A stretch of DNA of 64,000 nt from Longimicrobiales bacterium (GTDB lineage: Bacteria; Gemmatimonadota; Gemmatimonadetes; Longimicrobiales; Gaopeijiaceae): positions 1,056,001 to 1,120,000 of the forward strand of contig CBDCNQ010000005.1 of NCBI GenBank assembly GCA_965219445.1, written 5' to 3'. The notes under the pieces were generated by a model. The model was not told the origin of the DNA. It ran no database searches and was given only the letters and a program-made list of their open reading frames with translations. A program made the translations under genes and the position numbers. The number at the start of each line of letters is the position of its first letter. Position 1 is the first letter of the stretch. Below are positions 31,089 through 40,684 of this stretch, piece after piece.

Positions 31089-31211
31089 GGTCGCATGGCA
31101 CCGGAGGCAAAAAGTGCAAGACGCCGGAGGTTCTCTACTCCGGCGTCTTCGAGGAAGACTACTTCTAACTTGTACTCGGGATGGATCTGCTGCAACGATA
31201 GGGTCTCAGCC

Positions 31212-31588
31212 CTAACGTGTGCAGGCAATGACCCCCTCCGCCGTACCCGGGTCCCCGCCCGCGGCCGCCGCATTCCCTTGATACAGGCCACAGTGTTCGG
31301 CGCTGAGGCCCGCGTGGGACGCAGTCGCAGCCCAGCCAGCGCCAGTCGCCTCGTTGATCGTGATGGTCACTCCGTCACTCACGGTCGCGCCGACGATGGC
31401 AAGCGAATTGCCGAAAGAGAAGGCAGAGTTGTGATAGATCTCCTGCTGAGTCGCCAAGTTCTTTAGATCGGTCTTCATCGTGGAGAGGAACGCCTTCTCT
31501 ACTTCGGAATGGCGACGGAAGCCAGGATGCCGATGATCACGACGACGATGAGGAGTTCGATCAGTGTGAAGCCTCTTCGCTTGTCCAT
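31212..31588 (-). pseudogene. pilA: Second type IV pilin, frameshifted by a deletion of about 13 nt
   Basis: RRG|FTLIELLIVVVIIGILASVAIPK then TAG. Homology resumes in another frame (EKAFLSTMKTDLKNLATQQEIY). The FSATR codons of pilA1 are replaced by 2 nt. Confidence 0.88.
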
Positions 31589-31713
31589 GCTCATCTCCTC
31601 CTTCTTTCGTCGTCTCGTGTTTTGAGGGGGGAGGCAAGAGAGCGTGGCCCGGGAGAGCCCGAGCCACGCTCGCCAAATCGAAAGCACACAGTGCCTCCGA
31701 AGACTAGAGGCCG

Positions 31714-32109
31714 CTATTGAGTGCAGGCCATCTCACCCGGAGCTGTCGGAGTTGCGGCACCCACCGACACCGCACTCGCGCCACCATAGTAGATCGCGCA
31801 GCCCTCCGTGGCGGCCAACGCGGCATGCGTCGCCGTCGCGTTCCAACCGGTGGAGGTACCCGTGGGAGTGACCGTCACGCCCGTGGAACTCACGAAGCCG
31901 AGCGACGTGGTGTTGGCGGTGTAGGAATACTCGTCCGCGTAGTAGATCTCCTGCTGGCTAGCAAGATTCTTCAGGTCGGACTTCATGGCCGCAAAATAGG
32001 CCTTCTCACGCGTCGCAGAGAACTTCGGAATGGCGATGGCCGCCAAGATTCCGATGATCACGACCACGATGAGGAGCTCGATGAGGGTGAAACCCTTGTT
32101 GTCCCGCAT
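31714..32109 (-). CDS. pilA: Type IVa major pilin (131 aa)
   Basis: KG|FTLIELLIVVVIIGILAAIAIPKF; C-terminal Cys pair; RBS aggag. Confidence 0.95.
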   Translation of the reverse strand: MRDNKGFTLIELLIVVVIIGILAAIAIPKFSATREKAYFAAMKSDLKNLASQQEIYYADEYSYTANTTSLGFVSSTGVTVTPTGTSTGWNATATHAALAATEGCAIYYGGASAVSVGAATPTAPGEMACTQ

Positions 32110-32163
32110 GGTGATATCTCCTGATAGTAAGACACTGGTGAACATTCGATATGCCCTCTTGAG

Positions 32164-32179
32164 TGCAAAGGCTGGTCCA
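32164..32179 (-). promoter_or_regulatory. Sigma54 (-24/-12) promoter of pilA
   Basis: Minus strand TGGACCAGCCTTTGCA fits GG-N10-GC, about 55 nt upstream of pilA, with PilR-like activators nearby. Confidence 0.7.
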
Positions 32180-32253
32180 CAAGTTGGCATGTCTTGTTAA
32201 ATCATTGTTTATCATAGTTTTACGTAATTGTGGACAGGCATCTACTGTTCCTT

Positions 32254-34158
32254 TTATCGGCCGTCCAATGCCGGATTTTGCAAAGCATTGGCATTTTCAG
32301 AGCCTTGTAGAACCGCCTGAATACTGTCAATTTGGCCGATTTTGTCCGGAGGCCTCACCTTGGTACGAGCGCTGTCGAGGGATTCAAGCGCCCGAGCCGT
32401 GTCCCCCGAATGGGCGTATGCCTCCGCGAGCCAGAACCACTGCTGCCAACGGTGTCCTTCACCCGCTTCTATGGTTTGGCGGCGGGCCTGGACCGACTCC
32501 TCCCAGCGGCCCTCCACCGCCAAGGAGTGGGCCAGGAGATGGTTCGAAAGCAGATCTTGTGACCCGTAGGAGGCGATGGCAGCCTCCGCTGCTTCGATCG
32601 CGGCCCGATAATTCCGTTCGCTGTAATAGACGCCGGCGAGGAGGCGAGGCGCGATCCCTTCATCCGGGTATTCTTCCCAGGCCCGCCGGAAAAGGGCCTT
32701 GGCGGCCTCCGTTTCTCTGTAGGCGAGGAGTCGGCGCCCCACGTCCACAAGGACAGGGTAGCTTCCATTCAAGAGACCGATCGTAACTCGGTAGGCTGCG
32801 TTACCCGCCTTCCTGTTGCCGACCATGTGGTACGTGTCTCCCAGGAGCCACTGCGCACGTCCCGACTCCGGGTGCTCACGGATCAGGGTGTCGAAAACGG
32901 TGAAGTTGTTTCGCCAAGTGGCGTTCCGGGTGACGGTTCGAAATGACATGAGCGTCAATACGAGGATGAGTGCGCCCTGGGCCACGCGGCGCCGCTCCTT
33001 GTAGAGCTCCGCGCCTATCCATGCGAGCAGCAGCACGAATCCGACCGATGGCAGATAGAGCGTGCGCTCCGCGAGGAGAACCCCCGAAAGGAAAAGCACA
33101 TTGGACACCGGTGACAGCGTGATCACGAGCCATAGGACACCGAACGAGAAGAGACGGGGCGGGGCACGGTCCACCCCGAGTGTCTGCGTTCCCCACAAAC
33201 GTAAGGTCAGTCCGAGCGTCCCCAGGAGGAGAAGAGCACCCAGGACGCCACTTCCGGTCCAGTCGAAGGCGAGAGGAATTACGGCCGGAGCATAATCGGC
33301 GCTCAAGTCGAGAGGGAAAAACAGCAGCCGGAAGTAGTGGGGCCAGGTCGACGCGACTGTCCAGATCCGGGATACGTCTTCCTGCAAGAGGGCAGCACCC
33401 AACGGGGCCAACGGGCTGGCTACGCTTCCAAGCACGGCGTATCGAGCGATCAGGATGAGTCCCGTTGCCACCGCCAGGCTTACGTAGATCGCCCACCGGC
33501 GGCGAACGTATGAAGGCGCCTCTTCGATCGCGACGTTGTCACGTGCCCCGTCCAGAAGGAAGAGCACCGCGGGGAGTGTGATGGCACTCTCCTTCGCAAG
33601 GAAGGCGAGCACGAACAGAAGCGTAACGGCTGCGCCGGGTAGAAGCGCAATCCGCTCTCCCGCCCGCAGAAAGACGAGGCAAGCGCCCAGATACAGAGCC
33701 GACGAGAAGACCTCGGCAAACCCCACAACGTTTGCCACCGCCTCGACATGGACGGGATGAACCGCGAAGAGCAGCCCCCCGGTGAACGCGAGGGCGAGGG
33801 GCACGAGTTCGGCCAGCACCAGCACGACGAGCGCGGTAACAACTCCGTGGAGCAGCACGTTCATCATATGGAACATTGCAGGATTCTCGCCCCAGACCGC
33901 CCACTGAATACCGTAGAGCGCCGTCGTCACCGGCCTCCACAATCCCAGCGCCCGGCCGAACTCATTCGGCCAGTAGGGAGAGACCATAGCCTCCGGTAGA
34001 GTGTCGAGATCCTGGATCGCCGTATTCTGGCCAACGAGAGGAACGTCGTCGAAGGCGAAGTCATTGAGGACGCTGTTCGCCGACAGAAGAACCGCGGCGG
34101 CACCCGCGAGGAGGGCGGCCGAACGGACCGACCGGAGGGGAGAATCCCATGTCCTCAT
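32254..34158 (-). CDS. TMTC-like GT-C membrane glycosyltransferase with C-terminal TPRs
   Basis: FAFDD, WRPVT, HPVHVEAV, AKE, LSADY, LAERTLYLPS; TPR-like helices. Confidence 0.85.
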   Translation of the reverse strand: MRTWDSPLRSVRSAALLAGAAAVLLSANSVLNDFAFDDVPLVGQNTAIQDLDTLPEAMVSPYWPNEFGRALGLWRPVTTALYGIQWAVWGENPAMFHMMNVLLHGVVTALVVLVLAELVPLALAFTGGLLFAVHPVHVEAVANVVGFAEVFSSALYLGACLVFLRAGERIALLPGAAVTLLFVLAFLAKESAITLPAVLFLLDGARDNVAIEEAPSYVRRRWAIYVSLAVATGLILIARYAVLGSVASPLAPLGAALLQEDVSRIWTVASTWPHYFRLLFFPLDLSADYAPAVIPLAFDWTGSGVLGALLLLGTLGLTLRLWGTQTLGVDRAPPRLFSFGVLWLVITLSPVSNVLFLSGVLLAERTLYLPSVGFVLLLAWIGAELYKERRRVAQGALILVLTLMSFRTVTRNATWRNNFTVFDTLIREHPESGRAQWLLGDTYHMVGNRKAGNAAYRVTIGLLNGSYPVLVDVGRRLLAYRETEAAKALFRRAWEEYPDEGIAPRLLAGVYYSERNYRAAIEAAEAAIASYGSQDLLSNHLLAHSLAVEGRWEESVQARRQTIEAGEGHRWQQWFWLAEAYAHSGDTARALESLDSARTKVRPPDKIGQIDSIQAVLQGSENANALQNPALDGR

Positions 34159-35972
34159 GGTTGGCGGCCGGAAGTCTGTGCGTCGCCCCCGGAGGCCATG
34201 CCCTCTTTGCGTGCAAGGACATCGGCACGCCGAGACGCGGCCCCGGCGTCCTCGGAGCGGCCAGCCAACTCCATGATCTCGCTCATGCGACGCCACTCCT
34301 CCGAATTCTCGTGGGCCACGCCAAAGGATGCCCACCGCGCCCGAATGGCCGCGTCGTAGTCGCCCTTCGCCACGTAGCTTTCGGACACGAGTTTCCACAG
34401 GTCTCCGTCGGATCCAACCAGAGACAGGCCCTGGAGTGCGACCGCGTGTCCTTCCCGGCCTCGGCCTTGATTTAGACGCTGTTCGGAGAGGACCTGCCAG
34501 GCGACGGGGTGCGTGGGAAACAACTGGATGGCGTGGAAGAGCAGCGGCTCCGCGTCGGCCCACCGCTCGCCCCGCCCATAGAAACGCGCGACCTCCACGA
34601 GCAGGCTGTACCCTTCCGGAGCCAGCTCCAACGCCGTCTGGTAATAGCGCTCGGCCTCATCGAATTCCCCTACGTTGTCGAGACCCCGGGCACGTGCCCT
34701 GATGGCCATGAACGACTCGGGGTGCTCTTCCCCGAGGGTCGTCAACATCGTGAACGTGCTCATCCATGACGGATTTCTGAGCACGGTCCGCACCATGAAG
34801 CCACCGCACAGGACTCCCGCGGCCACCAAGAGCATACTCAGGGATGTCCTACGCTCACGAGCCACCCAGGACACGACTCCCGCCACAACGAATGCGAGCC
34901 CAACCGACGGCAGGTATAGCGTTCGTTCCGCCAGCAACACGCCCGTCGGGATGAGCAGGTTCGTAACCGGAAGGATCGCGATGCCGAACCAGGCGATGCC
35001 GAACGCCACCAGACGCTCCCTGGGCCAGAGGAAGATGGTGGCCGTTGCGGCACTGAGAATCATGAATAGGCCCAGGACCACGTCGGGCCCCCAGGTCAAC
35101 GCTGGAAAGAGTACCGCCGGAGCGTAGTCCACGACGAGGTCTAGCGGAAACACGAGGAGCCGGAAATACTGTGGCCAGACCGCCAGAGATGTCAGGACTC
35201 TCTGGCCCGCTGAGAGACCCATGAGGGCCGGCGCGGGCTCTTCGCCCGAAAACGAGCCCAACATCAGGAATCTGGCGCCCATGAAGGCAGCCAGAAGGGC
35301 GCCGGTCAGGAGGAAGATTGGTAGATCGGTCCGAACACGGTCCGTGATGCGTCCTTTTTCGCTCCGAAACAAGGCCATGAGCACGAGCAACGCCGGGAGC
35401 GTCGCGGCCATTTCCTTCGAGCCGAGACCGACCATATATAGTGCCCCGATCCCGAGGAGACGGGCGACCCTCCGTGGGCATGAAAGCCCCCTTCCCTTCC
35501 AGAAGATCAGACACGCCCCGAGCACAAAGAGCGCAGAGTACAACTCGGCCCGCCCCACTACGTTGGCGACCGCCTCACTATGGACGGGATGGGCCGCGAA
35601 CAGCGCCGCGCCAACGAGAGCTGGAAGCGTTGCCGACACCTCCAAGATCAACAGGAACACCAGCAGAGATACGGCCGTGTGAACAGCTAAGTTCACGAGG
35701 TGAAAACCAGCGGGATGGCCGTTCCACAACCTCCACTCCAGTGCGAAGCTCGAGAGAGTGACGGGCCGATAGAGGCCCGCTCCGTTCACCACCTGCGGCC
35801 AATAGGGAGACGTCAACGCATCAAAAACCCGTCCCTCGGTCACCACGGGGTTCCCCTCGAGGATCGTGTTGTCGTCGTAGGCGAAACCGTTGAGCACGGA
35901 GTTGGCGAAGGTTCCTACCGCCACGAGTACCACAAGGAGCGCGGCGCGCCACGGCGGGATCGCTCTGGTCAC
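34155..35972 (-). CDS. Second TMTC-like GT-C glycosyltransferase with TPRs
   Basis: FAYDD, YRPVT, HPVHSEAV, SKE, LVVDY, LAERTLYLPS; ATGA overlap with its paralog; start approximate. Confidence 0.85.
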   Translation of the reverse strand: MTRAIPPWRAALLVVLVAVGTFANSVLNGFAYDDNTILEGNPVVTEGRVFDALTSPYWPQVVNGAGLYRPVTLSSFALEWRLWNGHPAGFHLVNLAVHTAVSLLVFLLILEVSATLPALVGAALFAAHPVHSEAVANVVGRAELYSALFVLGACLIFWKGRGLSCPRRVARLLGIGALYMVGLGSKEMAATLPALLVLMALFRSEKGRITDRVRTDLPIFLLTGALLAAFMGARFLMLGSFSGEEPAPALMGLSAGQRVLTSLAVWPQYFRLLVFPLDLVVDYAPAVLFPALTWGPDVVLGLFMILSAATATIFLWPRERLVAFGIAWFGIAILPVTNLLIPTGVLLAERTLYLPSVGLAFVVAGVVSWVARERRTSLSMLLVAAGVLCGGFMVRTVLRNPSWMSTFTMLTTLGEEHPESFMAIRARARGLDNVGEFDEAERYYQTALELAPEGYSLLVEVARFYGRGERWADAEPLLFHAIQLFPTHPVAWQVLSEQRLNQGRGREGHAVALQGLSLVGSDGDLWKLVSESYVAKGDYDAAIRARWASFGVAHENSEEWRRMSEIMELAGRSEDAGAASRRADVLARKEGMASGGDAQTSGRQP

Positions 35973-35989
35973 CTGGATCGGACTCCCGA

Positions 35990-36883
35990 TCAGTCCGAAC
36001 CGGCCACAGGAGGCACGCTGGTCTCCGACCCTCCCCCACCATCCGGAGCGGCGGGGAGCGCCGTGCCCGGTCCATCCGCCGGCGCCCGCCCCTCCCACGG
36101 CTGTACCTTGGGCACTTGCCAGGGATCGAGCTTTGGGCGGAAGAGATTGGAGCGAAGGATGTAATAGAGGGCGGACACACCGTCCTTCCAGTTGATTTTC
36201 TTCCCCTCCGCGTACGAGCGTCCGTCATAACTGATCGGAAGCTCGTAGATGCGAGCCCCCGCCTGAGCAAGGCGGGCAGTCACCTCCGGCTCGAAACCGA
36301 AACGGTTGGCCGACAGAGGTAGACACTTCAGAAGATCCGCCTGAACGACCTTATAGCAGGTCTCCATGTCGGTGAGGTTGAGGTCCGTCAACATGTTACT
36401 CAGCAGCGTCAAGAAGCGATTTCCCACCATGTGCCAAAAGAACAGGACGCGGTGAGGGCCGCCGAGAAAGCGTGACCCGTAAACGGCATCTGCCTTTCCG
36501 GCCAAGATCGGCTGAATGAGGGTTGGCAGTTCGTGCGGGTCATACTCAAGGTCAGCATCCTGGATCGCGATGATATCGCCGGTAGCCCGCTCGAACCCCG
36601 CCCGGAGAGCTGCACCCTTGCCCTTGTTCACCTCCTGGAACACCAGGACATCGATCACTCCCTCGTCCCGTAGGCTCACGAGCAGATCGCGCGTGCCGTC
36701 GGTGGATCCATCATCTACCACGATCACTTCGACGTCGAGGCGGACCTCACGAACCCGCCGGAGGAGGGCCTCGGCGCTCCGGATCTCGTTGTAGGCAGGA
36801 ATAACCACCGAGAGCCTCACCTTATCCCAGGCGAGATCACCGTGCCTTCTCTTATCCATTCCCCGGAAACTCGGCCTGGTCAT
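35990..36883 (-). CDS. GT2 polyprenol-phosphate sugar synthase-like glycosyltransferase
   Basis: SVVIPAYNE, VDDGSTDGT, NKGKGAA, QDADLEYDP, TDMETCYK, FGFEPE, EGKKINWKDG. Confidence 0.9.
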   Translation of the reverse strand: MTRPSFRGMDKRRHGDLAWDKVRLSVVIPAYNEIRSAEALLRRVREVRLDVEVIVVDDGSTDGTRDLLVSLRDEGVIDVLVFQEVNKGKGAALRAGFERATGDIIAIQDADLEYDPHELPTLIQPILAGKADAVYGSRFLGGPHRVLFFWHMVGNRFLTLLSNMLTDLNLTDMETCYKVVQADLLKCLPLSANRFGFEPEVTARLAQAGARIYELPISYDGRSYAEGKKINWKDGVSALYYILRSNLFRPKLDPWQVPKVQPWEGRAPADGPGTALPAAPDGGGGSETSVPPVAGSD

Positions 36884-36887
36884 GTGG

Positions 36888-38249
36888 TCAGACCTCGATG
36901 CCGTACCGATTGAGCTTCCTGTACAGGGTGGAGGGATCGATGCCGAGAACCTCCGCCGCCTTCGACTTGTTGCCCCCCTCAGCCGCAAGAACCCACTGGA
37001 TATATGCCCTTTCGATCACCTCCATCGAAGGATTCGGGGGGAGGTGATCCGTGACGAGCGGTTTCGCATCCGTCGCTCGTACCCCCTCGGGCAGGTGGTC
37101 CACTGAGATCTCCGAATCGGGCGTCACGACGGCGGCGCGTTCCAAGGCGTTTTCGAGCTCCCGAACGTTTCCGGGCCAGTCATAAGCACACAACGCCTCC
37201 AACGTATCCTCCCCGAGTTTCTTTTCTCCTTCTCGCTCCGCCAACGACCCGAGGAAACGGTGGGCCAGCACGGGTATGTCGTCCTTCCTCTCGCGGAGCG
37301 GGGGGAGATGCAGCGCGATCACGTTGAGCCGATAGTAGACGTCACTCCGGAACGCTCCTCGACGAATTTCCTCATTCAAATCACTGTTCGTGGCGGCCAT
37401 GATCCGAACGTCGATTTGCCGTACCTCCGTCGAACCCACGGGTATGACCTCGCGCTCCTGAAGAGCCCGGAGGAGCCTAACCTGGGTCGCGGGGGACATT
37501 TCTCCGATTTCGTCCAGAAAGAGGGTCCCCCCGCCGGCCGCCTCGAAGAGTCCCACTTTGTCCTTGACGGCACCTGTAAACGCTCCCTTCACATGCCCGA
37601 AGAGCTCGCTCTCGAGAAGCCCTTCTGGAAGCGCCCCACAGTTCACGGACAAGAAGTCCGCCTCGGCCCGCCCACTGAGCCCGTGGATATAGCGGGCCAG
37701 TACCTCTTTCCCTGAGCCGCTCTCCCCGGTGATCAGTACGGTGGACTCCGTCGGGGCCACCGTCTCGGCCAACTTGAGCACATCGAGGAAGGCCCGGTTC
37801 TTACCCGTCGGCCGGTCGGACGGCCGCATCGACTGTCGGCGAATCTCCTTCTTGAGGGCCTTGTTCTCCACGCGCAGCTGCCTCGTCTCCGCAGCCCTAC
37901 GGCAGATGGCCAGGAGTTCGTCGTTGGCGAATGGCTTCTGGAGGTAGTAGTAGGCTCCCTCGTTGACCGCCCGTACCGCCGTCTGTAGCGATGCTTGCGC
38001 AGTCATCAAGATCACGGCCGTCTCGGGATCGACCTCATGCGCCTTCGCCATGACCTCGAGGCCTGTCATCCCCGGCATCCGAATGTCTGTCAAGACGATG
38101 TCCGGAGAGGCGCTGGGAAGCATCTCGACCGCCTCGCGCCCACTGAGCGCCGACACCACCTCGTAGCCGTTGCCCCGAAGCAGGATGCGAAGCGTGTCGA
38201 GGATGCCCGTCTCGTCATCCACCAGGAGAATCTTCCTCTCCTCACTCAT
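36888..38249 (-). CDS. pilR: Sigma54-dependent response regulator (PilR-like, copy 2)
   Basis: Receiver domain, GESGSGKE, GAFTGA, WPGNVRELEN, HTH; coupled to a PilS-like kinase. Confidence 0.9.
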   Translation of the reverse strand: MSEERKILLVDDETGILDTLRILLRGNGYEVVSALSGREAVEMLPSASPDIVLTDIRMPGMTGLEVMAKAHEVDPETAVILMTAQASLQTAVRAVNEGAYYYLQKPFANDELLAICRRAAETRQLRVENKALKKEIRRQSMRPSDRPTGKNRAFLDVLKLAETVAPTESTVLITGESGSGKEVLARYIHGLSGRAEADFLSVNCGALPEGLLESELFGHVKGAFTGAVKDKVGLFEAAGGGTLFLDEIGEMSPATQVRLLRALQEREVIPVGSTEVRQIDVRIMAATNSDLNEEIRRGAFRSDVYYRLNVIALHLPPLRERKDDIPVLAHRFLGSLAEREGEKKLGEDTLEALCAYDWPGNVRELENALERAAVVTPDSEISVDHLPEGVRATDAKPLVTDHLPPNPSMEVIERAYIQWVLAAEGGNKSKAAEVLGIDPSTLYRKLNRYGIEV

Positions 38250-39925
38250 ACGGCCGCCTCCTGCTTTGTCACGGAAGCCACTTCCGTGCCCGGTAGCAGG
38301 ACGACGAATCGAGTCCCTCCTGTCGGCACCTCCTCAGCGTACACGGCCCCACCGTGTGCCTGGACGGCGCGATGCACCATCGCCAGGCCGAGACCGCTCC
38401 CACCCTTACGCGTCGTATAGAAGGGCGCGAAGATACGCCCGACGTCCTCAGGCGGAATCCCCGGCCCGGAATCGCGAACGCTCAAACACACGGGATGGGA
38501 CACGGTGGTTCCAGGAAGGGGGCCCTGTCCGGAGCGATCCTCGAGGGAGATCTGGACCGTTCCCCGAGATCCGCTGAACTGAACCGCATTGAGGATCAAG
38601 TTGAAGACCATGCGGTGAAGGAGATCGGCGTCCCCCGGTAGGATCAGACGGCCTTCGAGGCCCTCCTCATCAATGCGAATCCCCGCTTCACAGTCCGGAT
38701 GCTGCTTTACCAATGCGACGGCCTGCCGGACCACCCGCGTAAAGTCCACCCTGGCCTTTGCCCCGAGGCGGATCACAGAGAAATCGAGAAATTCATTAAG
38801 CAACCGGCTCAGACGATCCGACTCCGACAGAACGAGCCGCTGAAGGAGTGCACGATCCTCTATGGGAAGGCTGGGGCTGTCGAACTGCTCCACTGCGCTC
38901 CTGATGGAAGCCAACGGGTTCTTGATTTCGTGGGCCAGCGAAGCACTCAGTTCAGCCACGGCCTCGAGCCGTTCGTTTCTGCGATTCAGCGCCTGAATCC
39001 GCTCCAGATCCGTGATGTCTTGGAAGATCGCCGTAACAGATGGGCCCTCTCCCTCGCGACTCTCGAGCACGGTCGTGCTGATGCCCAGCACCAAGTCACC
39101 CGTCGGCCTCTTGACGGACGCCGTCTGGCGGCTGACCGGGCGGAGTCCGTTCATGCTCCTCCGGAGCGCCTCGGCAAGCCCCGGAGCCATCTCCGCAACA
39201 ACATCCAAAATAGGGGCGCCGTGCCACTGTTCGAGGGTCAGATCCAAGAATCGTTCGCCGGCTCTGTTGAGGTACCCCAGTCTCCCACCATCGACGACCG
39301 TGAGCACGCCCGTCGAGATGTTCGTGAGGATGTCCCCCGTGTCGAGCCGTAGTCGAACGAGCTCAGACTGGACTTCTCCGAGCGCGAGCCAAGCCCTCTG
39401 GACGCGGTCTCCCAGCCAACCTGTGATGAGAGCGACGACAGCGAAGAGCCCGATCTGGAGGCCAGCGGTGTTCAGGTCCAGGCTGTCGGCACGTCCCCAT
39501 ACGAGATCCGCAAAGTAGAGGATAGACGAGAGTGCCCCGATGAGGACGCCGCCCGGTAAGGGCAGCAGAAGAGCCCCCTCGGTGATCACCAGAATATAGA
39601 GGGGAGCGAAGGCGACATCGCCGCCGCCCGATGTGATGTGGATGACCGCCGTGACAAGCAACGCGTCGAAAACGACCTGGCCGTACATGAAGTTTCGGCC
39701 GGCTGGGTTGCGGCGCAGGTCGGTGTACCATATGGAAGCGAGCGTGACAGCCGTCGTGATTATGAACAGGAGGGTCGCGATGCGCGTGGCTTCCGGGGGA
39801 GCGGAGAACCAGGCTACCATCATGCCGACGAGAATCCCGGTCGCCAGGGTCACCCGGCCGACGTAGACCCAGCGGAGAAGTCGGGTTCTGCCGAACTCGT
39901 ACCTCTTTGACGTCTCCGGCCTCAC
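38246..39925 (-). CDS. pilS: PilS-like sensor kinase (multi-TM, PAS, HisKA, HATPase)
   Basis: About six N-terminal TM segments, PAS-like region, AHEIKNPL, GGSGLGL. Confidence 0.85.
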   Translation of the reverse strand: MRPETSKRYEFGRTRLLRWVYVGRVTLATGILVGMMVAWFSAPPEATRIATLLFIITTAVTLASIWYTDLRRNPAGRNFMYGQVVFDALLVTAVIHITSGGGDVAFAPLYILVITEGALLLPLPGGVLIGALSSILYFADLVWGRADSLDLNTAGLQIGLFAVVALITGWLGDRVQRAWLALGEVQSELVRLRLDTGDILTNISTGVLTVVDGGRLGYLNRAGERFLDLTLEQWHGAPILDVVAEMAPGLAEALRRSMNGLRPVSRQTASVKRPTGDLVLGISTTVLESREGEGPSVTAIFQDITDLERIQALNRRNERLEAVAELSASLAHEIKNPLASIRSAVEQFDSPSLPIEDRALLQRLVLSESDRLSRLLNEFLDFSVIRLGAKARVDFTRVVRQAVALVKQHPDCEAGIRIDEEGLEGRLILPGDADLLHRMVFNLILNAVQFSGSRGTVQISLEDRSGQGPLPGTTVSHPVCLSVRDSGPGIPPEDVGRIFAPFYTTRKGGSGLGLAMVHRAVQAHGGAVYAEEVPTGGTRFVVLLPGTEVASVTKQEAAV

Positions 39926-40045
39926 AACCCAGCTCCAATCAGGATGAGTCAGTGTACAACTTGGGATGCTATCTCACGCTATTACTCGGCATGGCACAGT
40001 GCAACACTTCTATGTGGCGTTTTGCAAAAGGGCGGCGATCCTGCC

Positions 40046-40684
40046 TCAGAGCTCCGGCCGCCGGATGACCCTGATCTCTCCGAGGAGCGCATAAGCGAAC
40101 CCCCAAAGCCGCCCTACCGGCCGCAGCCCTTCAGTGTCCACGAACGCCGATCCCTCAACTATGGGAAGCTCGGGATCCAGACGCACACCCGTCACTTCGC
40201 CGAGCACCAACCCCCCGGCTTCGCCCAGTTCCACATGCCTGTAGAGTTTACATTCAAGAACCGCCGGGCAGTCCGCCACATACGGCGCGTCTACGGTCTC
40301 GGCCTCCGCCACAGACAGTCCAGCGAAAGCGAATTCATCATCCTCCGGGGGCAAGCTCGCTCCCGTCCGGTTCATCGCCTCAAGCTGGGCTTCAGTGACG
40401 ACATTCACGCAGAAGGCGCCTTGGTCCAGGATGTTGCGGAGTGAATCCTTAGCCACTCCTCCCCTCGTGCCGATGGACAAGCTCACAAGCATGGGCGATG
40501 ACGCCACTGCAGAGAAGAAGCTGAAGGGTGCCACGTTGAGAACGCCGCCCGTATCCCGGGTCGAGACCCAGCCGATCGGGCGGGGTACGACGAGTGACGT
40601 GAGAAGCTGGTACCGTTCACGGGCGTCGACCGTGTCGGTACGGATTACTCTATGCCGAAGGGGCCCTTCCGGCTCGCCGGCCAC
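40046..40684 (-). CDS. Flavin reductase family protein (DIM6/NTAB)
   Basis: VVPRPIGWVST, NVAPFSFF, KDSLRNI, PVGRLWG. Confidence 0.88.
   Translation of the reverse strand: MAGEPEGPLRHRVIRTDTVDARERYQLLTSLVVPRPIGWVSTRDTGGVLNVAPFSFFSAVASSPMLVSLSIGTRGGVAKDSLRNILDQGAFCVNVVTEAQLEAMNRTGASLPPEDDEFAFAGLSVAEAETVDAPYVADCPAVLECKLYRHVELGEAGGLVLGEVTGVRLDPELPIVEGSAFVDTEGLRPVGRLWGFAYALLGEIRVIRRPEL

Noticed and set aside
31633..31650. Sigma54 promoter for pilA2
   Set aside because: GG-to-GC spacing is 12 nt rather than the required 10.
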